DNA of 64,000 bases from a virus (Duplodnaviria; Caudoviricetes): positions 6,779-70,778 of the IMG/VR virus record IMGVR_UViG_2558309013_000001; one strand, 5' to 3'. A program made the translations under genes and the position numbers. Position 1 is the first letter of the stretch. The number at the start of each line of letters is the position of its first letter. The notes beneath the pieces are model-generated. The model was given only the letters and a program-made list of their open reading frames with translations. It had not been told where the DNA came from and did not search any database. Of this stretch, positions 20,735 to 30,602 are shown piece by piece.

Positions 20735-20920
20735 TTATTGAAACCTGTTATCGGTCACGGTTAAGCTTACATATTCATTATCCAGCTTATAATTTGATTT
20801 TGTATTTTTGAGAATGTTGTCTGACTCAATAGTTTTTTTCTCTTCATTATAGATCATAAGCCAATAGATAAAGTTAATTAAAAGCGCAACATAAACAACA
20901 CCGATAACGGGGTGTGATGA
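20735..20920 (-). pseudogene. Headless 61-codon 3' fragment of a membrane-protein gene
   Basis: Open frame SSHPVIGVVYVALLINFIYWLMIYNEEKK...RFQ* with no start; stop overlaps the cassette-end motif. Confidence 0.45.
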
Positions 20921-20924
20921 TCAA

Positions 20925-21671
20925 TTAAAGTTTCGGGAGATTGTTTAATTCATATGAAGGAATACATAACACATACTCCGCATTTACAGTGCGAATAACA
21001 GAATATGAATACGGTATCAAGTAGTGATCCAGTATAAAACTACCTATAACGGGTATCAGAGAAAAGAGGCTGCTTTTCTTCTTAACTCCGATTTTTGAAT
21101 ATGATGACGGAGATCCACTGCGTATCCAATGACGAGTTTTAGCCTTGTTATCCGACTCTGTCCATGGGCTCATAAGTGAGTATGGTATCCTTACTGTTCC
21201 GGTAACATCAACAAAATATAATGCCTCATTGTCAGTGTAAGTGAGGTACATACCATTCGTAAACGGATGATCCTTTTTCCGGTAGAAATCATCCTGTAAT
21301 GGCTTTGGAAATAACAGTTCTATTTCGTCACTGTCATCGGGAATATTCATTTCGGATACAGCCTTTGTACACATTTCTTCTGAGCGTCGCTTTACAGACG
21401 GCCTGCTGATCCATATCGCGCATATTGCCCAGACAAGTGGAAATCCGAATATTGTAAGCAATCCGAATAAAAAGATTAAGCCTGAATTCCAACCTGCAAG
21501 ATCGCCGCCGATCCATAGAATTGCCATGAAAACGACAAAGGCAATAGCGATCCACTTTGTATTTTTTTCTATCTTTTCGATCTTTTGATTATGTCTTGTG
21601 ATTTGTTCCAAAAGCTCTGGATTTGGGCGGCACACAATTAGTTCATCAGAGTCGAATACATTTTTCAACAT
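20925..21671 (-). CDS. Moron: membrane protein with 2-3 hydrophobic segments
   Basis: GGAGG RBS before ATG 21671; TTGACT-17-TATAAT promoter on minus strand at 21745-21717. Confidence 0.75.
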   Translation of the reverse strand: MLKNVFDSDELIVCRPNPELLEQITRHNQKIEKIEKNTKWIAIAFVVFMAILWIGGDLAGWNSGLIFLFGLLTIFGFPLVWAICAIWISRPSVKRRSEEMCTKAVSEMNIPDDSDEIELLFPKPLQDDFYRKKDHPFTNGMYLTYTDNEALYFVDVTGTVRIPYSLMSPWTESDNKAKTRHWIRSGSPSSYSKIGVKKKSSLFSLIPVIGSFILDHYLIPYSYSVIRTVNAEYVLCIPSYELNNLPKL

Positions 21672-21764
21672 AAAGAGGTTTCCTCCAGTAAAATCTAAGT
21701 ATAAATCTACATTATAATTATACCAAAGCCCATAAAAAAAGTCAACCGAAAGGAGCTGATGCAC

Positions 21765-23015
21765 ATGGGCATTTTCAGCGGACTGTTTCGGTCGAGGGAC
21801 AAGCCGAAGGACAGCTACGACAGCCCGTCCTACAGTTATTTCTTCGGACGGACACACGCAGGCAAGCGAGTCAACGACCGCACGGCTATGCAGATCATCG
21901 CAGTTTACGCCTGCGTGAGAGTTTTGTCGGAAGCAATCGCGCAGCTGCCCCTGCACGTTTATCAATATACCAATAGCGGAAAAGAGCGAGTGCCGAAGCA
22001 CCCGCTGTATATTTTGCTGCACGACCAGCCAAATCCGGAAATGACATCGTTCGTATTCCGGGAAACGCTGATGGCACATCTGCTGATCTACGGCAACGCC
22101 TATGCCCAGATCATCCGGAACGGCAGAGGTGATGTTATCGGGCTGTATCCGCTGATACCGGATAAGGTGCGTGTTGACCGAGATGATCGTGGCAGGCTCA
22201 TTTACCGCTATAGCCGATATGACGAACACAACCCAAATTTCAAGCAGCAGGGCGAGATCATTCTGCCGATGGAACAGGTGCTGCATATTCCCGGACTCGG
22301 CTTTGACGGTCTGGTCGGATACAGTCCCATTGCAATGGCGAAGAATGCTATCGGTCTTGCAGTTGCCTGTGATGAATACGGGGCATCATTCTTTGCAAAC
22401 GGCGCAGCACCTTCGGCGGTGCTGGAGTATCCGGGTACTATCAAAAATCCGGAACGTATCAGGGAAGCCTGGCACAGAGCTTATGGAAATGGTAACGCTC
22501 ATAAAGTTGCTGTTCTTGAGGAGGGCATGAAATACACACCTATCTCCATTCCGAATAATGATGCACAGTTCCTTGAAACCCGAAAATTTCAGATTGAGGA
22601 GATTGCGAGACTGTATCGCGTACCGCTGCATATGATAGGAGACCTTGACCATGCTACATTCAGCAACATTGAGCACTTGTCACTAGAATTCGTTAAGTAT
22701 ACACTGGACCCGTGGTTGGTCCGCTGGGAACAGGGAATGCAGAAAGCGCTTCTTTCCGATTCGGAGAAGGGGCGCTATTTTATTAAGTTCAACGTTGAGG
22801 GACTGCTGCGAGGCGACTATGCGAGCCGTATGCAGGGTTATGCTACTGCACGTCAGAACGGCTGGATGTCTGCAAATGATATCCGAGAGCTTGAGGACAT
22901 GAATGCTATTCCCGCAGAACTGGGCGGAGATCTTTATCTCTGTAACGGCAGCTTCACAAAATTACAGGACGCAGGCGCAGCATACGCACAAAAGGAGGAA
23001 AATACTGATGAATAA
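21765..23015 (+). CDS. Portal protein (HK97 family)
   Basis: AVYACVRVLSE, PNPEMT, GLVGYSPI, QFLETRKFQ, FSNIE. Confidence 0.95.
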   Translation: MGIFSGLFRSRDKPKDSYDSPSYSYFFGRTHAGKRVNDRTAMQIIAVYACVRVLSEAIAQLPLHVYQYTNSGKERVPKHPLYILLHDQPNPEMTSFVFRETLMAHLLIYGNAYAQIIRNGRGDVIGLYPLIPDKVRVDRDDRGRLIYRYSRYDEHNPNFKQQGEIILPMEQVLHIPGLGFDGLVGYSPIAMAKNAIGLAVACDEYGASFFANGAAPSAVLEYPGTIKNPERIREAWHRAYGNGNAHKVAVLEEGMKYTPISIPNNDAQFLETRKFQIEEIARLYRVPLHMIGDLDHATFSNIEHLSLEFVKYTLDPWLVRWEQGMQKALLSDSEKGRYFIKFNVEGLLRGDYASRMQGYATARQNGWMSANDIRELEDMNAIPAELGGDLYLCNGSFTKLQDAGAAYAQKEENTDE

Positions 23016-23802
23016 CAAATTCTGGAACTGGGTTAAAAATGAAGAAACCAACGAATCAGAGCTCATTTTCAACGGGCCTATCTCGGAGGATACATGGTTC
23101 GGAGATGAGATAACTCCCGCATTATTCAGAAACGAGCTTTCTAAGATAAACGGAGACTTTACCGTATGGATAAACTCTCCCGGCGGAGATGTTTTTGCAG
23201 CTTCGCAGATATACACCATGCTTCGCAATCATAAGGGTAAGGTAACCGTAAAAATAGACGGTATTGCGGCAAGCGCCGCTTCTGTGGTTGCTATGGCAGG
23301 AGATGAAACACTTATAGCTCCAACTGGTATGCTTATGATACATAATCCCGCTACTATAGCCGTCGGTAATAAATCCGATATGGAACAGGCTATACGACTT
23401 CTTGACGAGGTTAAGGAAAGCATTATAAACGCCTACGAAGAGAAGTCTCATCAGTCACGTGCCAGGATAGCCCATATGATGGACGAAGAGACATGGCTCA
23501 ATGCAAAAAAGGCTCTCAGCATGGGACTTGTTGACGGCATCCTTTTTAAAGATGATGCTGCAGATGACTCTCCGGCTGAAGAAGATCCGGATGAAAATAC
23601 ACCTGATGAGGATGAAAGTGAAGAACCTGACGAGGACGGTGGTAAGTTCAAGCGACGTAAAACTGACGATATTGCTGCTATGTCATATTCAGCTGCTTCT
23701 GCTATGGACAAGCTTATGAAGAAGATCTCAGCATCATATACACCTGTTACAGGTACACCAATCGACCAGCTGGACAAGAGATTGTCTCTGTTGAAACACT
23801 AA
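23008..23802 (+). CDS. ClpP-type head maturation protease
   Basis: INSPGGDVF, DGIAASAAS, MIHNP, ETWLNA. Confidence 0.9.
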   Translation: MNNKFWNWVKNEETNESELIFNGPISEDTWFGDEITPALFRNELSKINGDFTVWINSPGGDVFAASQIYTMLRNHKGKVTVKIDGIAASAASVVAMAGDETLIAPTGMLMIHNPATIAVGNKSDMEQAIRLLDEVKESIINAYEEKSHQSRARIAHMMDEETWLNAKKALSMGLVDGILFKDDAADDSPAEEDPDENTPDEDESEEPDEDGGKFKRRKTDDIAAMSYSAASAMDKLMKKISASYTPVTGTPIDQLDKRLSLLKH

Positions 23803-23815
23803 GGAGGAATGTGTA

Positions 23816-25009
23816 ATGACTATTCAGGAACTCAGAGAAAAAAGAGCAAAGGCATGGGATACAGCCCGTGATTTCCTTGATTCAAAGCGTAACGCAAGCG
23901 GACTTCTCTCAGAGGAGAACAGTAAAACATATGATACACTGGAACAGACAATAGTTGACCTCGGTAAGGAAATCGAGCGTATGGAAAGAGCCGAGCGTAT
24001 CGGACAGGAGCTTTCAGCTGCTACTACAACACCAGTTGTTGGAACTCCCGGAGCTCATATCACTGATACTCCCAAGCACTCTACAGGCACTGAGGAATAC
24101 AGCAAGGCATTCTGGAACAGTGTCCGTAACCGTAACTGGATCGACGTCCGCAACGACCTGCAGGTAGGTGAAGATACCGAGGGCGGCTATCTCGTACCGG
24201 ATGAGTTTGAGAAAAAGCTCATTGAAGCCCTTGAGGAGGAAAACGTATTCCGTCCACTTGCCACAAGAATACAGACTTCAAGCGGTGATAGAAAGATACC
24301 GGTTGTAACATCAAAGGGTGAAGCGGTATGGATGGAGGAGGAAGAGGCATATACTCTCTCCGATGACTCCTTCGGTCAGCTCTCACTCTCTGCTTACAAG
24401 GTCGGCACGGCTATCAAGATCTCCGAGGAACTTCTCAACGACTCCGTTTTTGACCTACCCGCCTATATTGCAAAGGAATTCGCCCGTAGAATCGGTGCAA
24501 AGGAAGAGGAAGCATTTGTCGCTGGCGACGGTGTCGGCAAGCCTACGGGCATTTTCGCGGCTTCTGGAGGCGCTCAGGAAGGTGCAACCTCAAGCGGAGC
24601 TACAATCAGCTTTGATGACATGATAGAGCTGTTTTATTCTATCAAGAGTCCATACCGTAAGAAGGCTATCTGGCTTCTCAACGAGCAGACCGTCAAGGCT
24701 CTCCGTAAAATCAAGGACAACACCGGCAACTATATCTGGCAGCCCAGTGTTTCCAACGGTATTCCCGATACTATACTCAATCGCCCCTATGTAACTTCCG
24801 TTTACGCACCTACAATAGAAGCAGGCAGTAAGGCTATCGCATTCGGAGACTTCAGCTATTACTGGATAGCAGACCGTCAGGGACGCAGCATGAAACGACT
24901 TAACGAGCTTTTTGCCATGAACGGACAGATAGGCTTCCTTGCTTCACAGCGAGTTGACGGCAAGCTTATACTTCCTGAAGCTGTAAAGGTGCTGACTATG
25001 AAGGCATGA
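23816..25009 (+). CDS. Major capsid protein (HK97 fold)
   Basis: GGYLVPDEFE, ISEELLNDS, FGDFSYY, RVDGK. Confidence 0.95.
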   Translation: MTIQELREKRAKAWDTARDFLDSKRNASGLLSEENSKTYDTLEQTIVDLGKEIERMERAERIGQELSAATTTPVVGTPGAHITDTPKHSTGTEEYSKAFWNSVRNRNWIDVRNDLQVGEDTEGGYLVPDEFEKKLIEALEEENVFRPLATRIQTSSGDRKIPVVTSKGEAVWMEEEEAYTLSDDSFGQLSLSAYKVGTAIKISEELLNDSVFDLPAYIAKEFARRIGAKEEEAFVAGDGVGKPTGIFAASGGAQEGATSSGATISFDDMIELFYSIKSPYRKKAIWLLNEQTVKALRKIKDNTGNYIWQPSVSNGIPDTILNRPYVTSVYAPTIEAGSKAIAFGDFSYYWIADRQGRSMKRLNELFAMNGQIGFLASQRVDGKLILPEAVKVLTMKA

Positions 25010-25278
25010 TAACACTTGCTGAAACCAAGAATTATCTCCGTGTAGACCACTGCGAAGATGACAAGCTCATCATATCGCTTATAGATACGGCAAAGCGCCT
25101 TGTGAAAGATGTGGGCAGAATGGATGATGCTGCACTTGCGGTAAATGAGGGAACCTCACGGCAGGCTATGCTGTATACTGTATCATACCTCTACGAAAAC
25201 CGCAATACTGCAGATTACCATAAGCTGACTCTTACACTGAGGGCGCTTTTATTTGCACAGAGGGAGGGCATTATATGA
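25006..25278 (+). CDS. Head-tail connector (gp6-like)
   Basis: LAETKNYLRVD..EDD.LI, YLYENR. Confidence 0.85.
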   Translation: MITLAETKNYLRVDHCEDDKLIISLIDTAKRLVKDVGRMDDAALAVNEGTSRQAMLYTVSYLYENRNTADYHKLTLTLRALLFAQREGII

Positions 25279-25631
25279 TGGAAATAGGAATGCTTAATCA
25301 GAGGATATCCTTCCTCGAGCATCATACGAAAACTGACAGTATCGGCAATCACAAGGCTCAGTGGGAGGAGGCTTTCTCCTGCTGGGCAGCCGTTACTCCA
25401 AAGTCATCAACTGAAACGACAGAAGCCGGTGTCACAAAGGAAATCTACTCAATAGAATTCATAGTGCGGCAAACCGCTGATACTATGCGGATTAATCCGA
25501 CAACGCACAGGCTTCAGTTCCGTGGGCTATCATATAACATTGACAGTATACTGCCGAATTACAAGTCTATGAACTATATGAAAATAACGGCAGGCACACG
25601 AAGGGCTGGTGAACAGGATGACTTCTATTGA
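25275..25631 (+). CDS. Head closure / head-tail adaptor
   Basis: LNQRI, D.IG, CWA, YNI.SI; synteny. Confidence 0.75.
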   Translation: MMEIGMLNQRISFLEHHTKTDSIGNHKAQWEEAFSCWAAVTPKSSTETTEAGVTKEIYSIEFIVRQTADTMRINPTTHRLQFRGLSYNIDSILPNYKSMNYMKITAGTRRAGEQDDFY

Positions 25632-25986
25632 CGACATGGCAGATGTAATTATGAAAGGTCTGGCTGAATACGCAGATCTTGCTGATACGGAAATGAAAAA
25701 GGCTGTCAAAAAGACAGCTGAAAACGTTAAAAAGGAAATATCTGCAAATGCTCCGAAGCGCAGCGGCAAGTACCGCAAGAGCTGGACGACCAAGAAAACG
25801 AAGGAGAACAGTCATACACTCGAAATGACCGTTCACTCGAAAGACCGCTACCAGCTTGCGCACCTGCTTGAAAAAGGTCATGCAAAGCGCAACGGCGGAC
25901 GTGTATCCGGCAAACCGCATATTGCCCCTGCGGAAGCGCACGGCGAGGAAATGCTCACGCAGCTAATCGAGGAGGCGCTGTCATGA
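25618..25986 (+). CDS. HK97 gp10 family tail-completion protein
   Basis: AP.RSG.YRKSW, LAHLLEKGH, PHIAPA. Confidence 0.85.
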   Translation: MTSIDDMADVIMKGLAEYADLADTEMKKAVKKTAENVKKEISANAPKRSGKYRKSWTTKKTKENSHTLEMTVHSKDRYQLAHLLEKGHAKRNGGRVSGKPHIAPAEAHGEEMLTQLIEEALS

Positions 25987-25993
25987 TTATGGC

Positions 25994-26344
25994 TTATACC
26001 TCATAATTGCATTTATCAGGAAAGCATTGTAATTTCTGAATTTGTCTGAGAAGTTTACACCAAAGGTGGACTGCCATAACATCATAGCCAATTGAGCACT
26101 TCAACCACGTATTAGAACAATTTTCTATGACAATATCACCCTTGTCATAAAGTTCGGCAAAAGAATCATTCGGAACGCCCCAACTATCAGAAAAAACTTT
26201 CTTTGAGATAATTATTTTTCCATCGCATATACGCTCGTCATTAAGATATTTTTTGTTATTATAGTTAAATGATGAATAGGCATATGTTACGTATTCATCA
26301 TTCTCATATAGCTTTTTGCAAAATGCACCATGTCCAACACTCAT
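25994..26344 (-). CDS. Moron: hypothetical protein
   Basis: AT-rich antisense ORF with AAGGAG RBS, inserted between two neck genes. Confidence 0.7.
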   Translation of the reverse strand: MSVGHGAFCKKLYENDEYVTYAYSSFNYNNKKYLNDERICDGKIIISKKVFSDSWGVPNDSFAELYDKGDIVIENCSNTWLKCSIGYDVMAVHLWCKLLRQIQKLQCFPDKCNYEV

Positions 26345-26411
26345 TATAATCAGCTCCTTTTTTTCATTATATACGATTAAAGGAGAAAAATCAATTACTG
26401 AAAGGGAAAAA

Positions 26412-26729
26412 ATGACCTATGAAGAAATCAATGAAATGATGCAGGAGATTGAGCTGCCATTCGCCTATCATCATTTTGCAGAGGGCGAGTATCCGAAACC
26501 GCCCTTTGTTATTTTTCTCTCACCCGGCGAGGACACCTTCGGCGCGGATAACCTGATGTATCACAGTTCCAAGCAACTTGATATTGAACTGTATACGGAT
26601 GAAAAGTCGCCCGATACGGAAAGCCGTGTGGAGGAAGTGCTGACGCAGCACAATATCTATTACACGAAAACTGAAAGCTACATCGAGAGCGAGAAGCTCT
26701 ACGAGGTGCTTTACGAAATGGAGGTATAA
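26412..26729 (+). CDS. Tail terminator-like protein
   Basis: LPFAYHHF, PPF, IELYTD.K, YIESEKLYEVLYE; precedes major tail gene. Confidence 0.75.
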   Translation: MTYEEINEMMQEIELPFAYHHFAEGEYPKPPFVIFLSPGEDTFGADNLMYHSSKQLDIELYTDEKSPDTESRVEEVLTQHNIYYTKTESYIESEKLYEVLYEMEV

Positions 26730-26731
26730 CA

Positions 26732-27364
26732 ATGGCACTGCAGAAGAATAAGGTAAAATTCGGTCTGAACAAGGTGCATTGGGCAAAGATCACAGCATGG
26801 AGCGATGATGGTGTTCCGACCTTCGCAACGCCTGTACGTCTGCCCGGTGCAGTTTCCCTGAGCATTGACGCGAACGGCGAAAACGAGAATTTCTACGCTG
26901 ACAACAGCGTTTATTATGTCATCAACAACAACGCAGGCTACGACGGCGATCTGGAGGTCGCACTCATCACCACCGACTTTGCAACAGCGATTCTCGGCGA
27001 ACAGCTTGATGCAAAGGGCGTTCTGGTGGAGCGCAACGATGCGGAAACATCGCAGTTCGCAATCATGTTCGAGTTCGACGGGGACAAGAACCACATCCGC
27101 CATGTGCTTTACTGCTGCTCGGCTTCCCGTCCTGCGACTGAGGGCGAGACTACCGAGGAGAGCAAGTCCGTCAAGACGGAAAAGCTCTCCCTCAAGGCAT
27201 CGGCGCTGCCGAACGGTCTGGTGAAGTCCAAGACCTGCGAAAGCACTGACCAGACGACCTACGACAACTGGTACAATGCGGTTTATATGCCGACTGCTGC
27301 AACCAATAACAGCACCGGCACACGTTCCACAACAACTAAGTCCGGCGGCAGCACGGCTGAGTAA
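26732..27364 (+). CDS. Major tail protein (phi13 family)
   Basis: NKVKFGL..VH, PGAVSLS, FYADN, FEFDGD, RP. Confidence 0.9.
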   Translation: MALQKNKVKFGLNKVHWAKITAWSDDGVPTFATPVRLPGAVSLSIDANGENENFYADNSVYYVINNNAGYDGDLEVALITTDFATAILGEQLDAKGVLVERNDAETSQFAIMFEFDGDKNHIRHVLYCCSASRPATEGETTEESKSVKTEKLSLKASALPNGLVKSKTCESTDQTTYDNWYNAVYMPTAATNNSTGTRSTTTKSGGSTAE

Positions 27365-27375
27365 GGAGGTACAGA

Positions 27376-27756
27376 ATGGCTATCAAAAAGACGATTACCG
27401 TTGACGGTATCGAAGTTCCGTTCAAGGCGAGTGCCGCCGTGCCTCGCCTTTACCGCATCAAGTTCCGCAGGGATATCTACAAGGATTTTGCTGCGCTTCA
27501 GATCTCTGTTCAGGAAGGCGACGAGGAAGGCTCTAACCTCGACATCGAGAGCCTTGAGGTATTCGAGAACATTGCATACATCATGGCGAAACACGCTGAT
27601 CCGGAGAACGTCCCGGACAATCCCGATGACTGGCTGGAGAAGTTCAACACGTTCTCCATTTACGAGGTGCTGCCGCAGCTCATTGAACTGTGGGGGCTTA
27701 ACGTGGAGACACAGGCAGAGTCTAAAAAAAACATCGCAAAACTGACCGCCCGATGA
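27376..27756 (+). CDS. Tail assembly chaperone gpG
   Basis: Synteny; A-run slippery site near the 3' end. Confidence 0.75.
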   Translation: MAIKKTITVDGIEVPFKASAAVPRLYRIKFRRDIYKDFAALQISVQEGDEEGSNLDIESLEVFENIAYIMAKHADPENVPDNPDDWLEKFNTFSIYEVLPQLIELWGLNVETQAESKKNIAKLTAR

Positions 27757-27920
27757 CAACGCCGTTGTTTCTCTTGAGATGCAAACAGCTCGGCCTAACA
27801 ATGACCGAGCTGGATATGCTTACGATAGGTTTAATCAACGATATGTTCACCGAGCGTGAAAATGATGATTATGAGGGTTGGCATGAGGTGGCTTCTCAAA
27901 GCGATATGGATGCGTTTTAA
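27753..27920 (+). CDS. Tail chaperone gpT part (-1 frame extension; not in ORF track)
   Basis: MTTPLFLLRCKQLG...ASQSDMDAF* in the -1 frame, open back to the A AAA AAC heptamer at 27726-27732. Confidence 0.75.
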   Translation: MTTPLFLLRCKQLGLTMTELDMLTIGLINDMFTERENDDYEGWHEVASQSDMDAF

Positions 27921-28246
27921 TCCTTATTGGTATCAATCATATTTTGAATATTTCTACCGCCGTAAAAGATACGAATTACGGTAACAATGGTTTTATCATG
28001 ATTGACAAGATAAAATATCTCATAATTACCGACAGAAAACCTTCGCATTCCCATTGAACTCCATGGTTCCCATTCCACAGAGGGATATCTATCAGGTGAC
28101 ACGTCTAGATCTTTGATTTCTTTACGAATTCTGTTTATTATATTCCTTGCTGTAGTACGTTCTTTCAAATGAAAAGCAATGTATGAGTAGATTCCTTTTA
28201 AATCAATTCTTGCAGCAGGTGAATATTCGATTGTATACTCTGTCAT
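27917..28246 (-). CDS. RelE/ParE family toxin
   Basis: YSPAARIDL..IY.YIA, L...P.RY, V.NY.IFY, V.VIRIFYG.RN. Confidence 0.85.
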   Translation of the reverse strand: MTEYTIEYSPAARIDLKGIYSYIAFHLKERTTARNIINRIRKEIKDLDVSPDRYPSVEWEPWSSMGMRRFSVGNYEIFYLVNHDKTIVTVIRIFYGGRNIQNMIDTNKD

Positions 28247-28557
28247 ATACCGAATTCCTCTGCAAGCTCATTATCAATTTCTTCGGTGGAATAGGTTTTT
28301 CCGCTTTTTATGGATTCAATTCCCTTTGCAAGTTCAGCGTCAAGTTCGGCTTGTGTCATGCCTCCGATAGCTGTAGGCTGTGGTGTTGGAAGATGAAGAT
28401 CGAACGGAATACCATTTTGCAGAACAATTTGGCTGTACAACATCTGAATTACACTGGAAGGCGTAATTCCAAGTTGTGCAAGAATAGCCTCGGCGTTTTC
28501 TTTTAAGCCTGTATCAATACGTGCATATACAGCAGTTGTGTTTGCCATAATGATCAC
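28243..28557 (-). CDS. RelB/DinJ family antitoxin
   Basis: ARID..LKE.AE.IL..LG...S..I.M...QI....GIPF; overlaps toxin start. Confidence 0.85.
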   Translation of the reverse strand: MIIMANTTAVYARIDTGLKENAEAILAQLGITPSSVIQMLYSQIVLQNGIPFDLHLPTPQPTAIGGMTQAELDAELAKGIESIKSGKTYSTEEIDNELAEEFGI

Positions 28558-28588
28558 ACTCCTTTGATGCTATTATACCACATATTAT

Positions 28589-28610
28589 TTGCAAATGCAA
28601 GCATTTGCAA
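28589..28610. promoter_or_regulatory. Probable TA autoregulatory operator
   Basis: Perfect palindrome TTGCAAATGC-AA-GCATTTGCAA just upstream of minus-strand TGTGGTATAAT. Confidence 0.65.
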
Positions 28611-28667
28611 GCAAATTTTGTGACTTATTCAGAAAACAGAGTTTTAATCCCGCTGCAGACGATCTGT

Positions 28668-28772
28668 CTGCTCACAATCGGAGTCGTGAATGATGTGTTC
28701 ACCGAAAAGGAAAACGACTAATATGATGGCTGGTCGGAGGTCGCTGGACAGGCGGACTTTGATGCGTTCTGA
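28668..28772 (+). pseudogene. Duplicated, diverged 3' end of gpT with internal stop
   Basis: LLTIGVVNDVFTEKEND*YDGWSEVAGQADFDAF* versus gpT MLTIGLINDMFTERENDDYEGWHEVASQSDMDAF*. Confidence 0.8.
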
Positions 28773-28868
28773 TTGACTTTTGCTCCCTGATGTGCTATAA
28801 TTTTGGTATGGTGAATGTATGATTCTTTCACTGCAAAAATGGAATTTAGTGAAGAAGGAAATATAATA

Positions 28869-30443
28869 ATGAAAAAAACAGTCACACTTCTTTTGATCCT
28901 TGCAATGACCTTATCCATGACTGCCTGCGCAGGCAAGCAGGAAAGCACTTCACAAGCCGATAGCAGTCCCACCACGGCGCAGACAGAAAACAGTACTGCT
29001 GAACCAATACAAACACAGTCATTATCGCCCACAAAGCTCACGAATAAAATGACAGAGAAAGAACTTGACACAGTGACAAAACACGCTCTCACTCTGCTGG
29101 ACGAGCCGCCAAAACTCAGTTCAGACCCGAATGCCGAACACAAGGTCAGTATCGAGTTTCAGACGATAGACCTTGAAAACTGGCGCTCCTCGATCAATGA
29201 GAACCGCGATGAGATGACCGATGACGAATATAAAGAAGCAATGAAAAAGATACAAAAGGCTGAAGAAACTGGAGAGGGCCTGCGGTATCCGCTCCCACCA
29301 ATTGTAGACGGCTATATCGTTGCAAATTCTGTCCCTGAGGCAGATGTATTTGAGGACGGCGGTTTATATAAGTTTACGACTTCCACTATAGACGAAAACG
29401 GCGAGTGGCAGGTCAAAGACCTTTCATTTGCTTCGTTTGAGGAGTATCTGGACTATATCCGGGAGCAAGATGCCAAGCAGGGCTTCACCGAAGAGCAAAC
29501 AGACCTTGATATCTGTTTTATGCAGCTTGCTTACGATGCGCTTCGCTCAGGCGATTACGAGGAACTCCCCGAGGGCTCGGTCGACAGGAGCGATGAATCT
29601 CTTTATCTATGGAGCTATTTTCACAATTACAGAAGCGATTGGGAATACAATCGCGAAGAAGTAGAGGAGATCAAGGATTCAGTTGACGAGATTTACATTT
29701 ACGATGAAGAACTGCAAAGGTCATTCACTGTCCATGTGACGCTCCCACCTGATTATGACAATCATAAGACCTATCCTGTATTCTTCCTGACGGATGGTAT
29801 CTGGCGCTTCGGCAACTGTCCCGCACTGAGAAAATGTATAGAAAACAAAGAGGCTGCACCGGTGATCCTTGTCAGCCTGTATTACAGCTACGATGTCACC
29901 GACCCTGACGGGGAACTGCGCTATGAGGATCTTGTCATCAATCGCAGTGAGCTGCTGGATTTTATCACCGACAACCTGATGCCGTATCTCTGCGAGAATT
30001 ACAACATCGACTGCGGAAATTCCACGCTGTACGGTCATTCGGACGGAGGCGTATTCACACACTATGCACTGTTCAATTCAGATCAGTACGAGAATCAGCC
30101 CTTCGGACATTACATCATCGGCAGCCCTGCACTGTGGGGGCTAAAGCATTATAATGAATATGAAGGCATCAGCAATGACATATATATGAATGATTACGAC
30201 TATTATGTCAGAAACGAAACGCTGAGCAAAACCGTATTCCTGTGTGCAGGTTCGCAGGAAGATCCCGATTATGCCGACAATTATCGTGAGGGAGATGATA
30301 CAACGCTGGAAGGCGCTGCAAAGCTGAAAGAGCGTCTTGAGTCACATAATGCAGACCTGACATACAAGCTGTATGAATCCCATCATTATCAGTACATTCC
30401 CGAAATGCTGATAGAATATCTGAAAGAAACTTATCCGTGTTAA
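28869..30443 (+). CDS. Cassette cargo: lipoprotein with C-terminal alpha/beta-hydrolase (esterase)
   Basis: Lipobox MTAC; V.LPP.Y....YPV....DG; GHSDGG nucleophile elbow; promoter TTGACT-17-TATAAT at 28773-28801. Confidence 0.85.
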   Translation: MKKTVTLLLILAMTLSMTACAGKQESTSQADSSPTTAQTENSTAEPIQTQSLSPTKLTNKMTEKELDTVTKHALTLLDEPPKLSSDPNAEHKVSIEFQTIDLENWRSSINENRDEMTDDEYKEAMKKIQKAEETGEGLRYPLPPIVDGYIVANSVPEADVFEDGGLYKFTTSTIDENGEWQVKDLSFASFEEYLDYIREQDAKQGFTEEQTDLDICFMQLAYDALRSGDYEELPEGSVDRSDESLYLWSYFHNYRSDWEYNREEVEEIKDSVDEIYIYDEELQRSFTVHVTLPPDYDNHKTYPVFFLTDGIWRFGNCPALRKCIENKEAAPVILVSLYYSYDVTDPDGELRYEDLVINRSELLDFITDNLMPYLCENYNIDCGNSTLYGHSDGGVFTHYALFNSDQYENQPFGHYIIGSPALWGLKHYNEYEGISNDIYMNDYDYYVRNETLSKTVFLCAGSQEDPDYADNYREGDDTTLEGAAKLKERLESHNADLTYKLYESHHYQYIPEMLIEYLKETYPC

Positions 30444-30472
30444 TTGTAGATTTGAATTCTGATTTAGTTCAT

Positions 30473-30602
30473 TAACTGAATATACACTGAGCAGTCCTTC
30501 GGGGCTGCTTTTTTCATGCCCTCACGGAGGAGTAGGTGAAACTGCATGGCAAACAGAATCAAGGGCATCACCGTTGAGATTGGCGGCGATACTACCAAGC
30601 TG
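30473..30602 (+). repeat. Direct-repeat copy of terminator + RBS + first 19 codons of the tape measure gene (other copy 31049-31174)
   Basis: TAACTGAATATACACTGAGCAGTCCTTCGGGGCTGCTTTTTTCATGCCC identical in both copies; MANRIKGITVEIGGDTTKL from ATG 30546. Confidence 0.9.
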
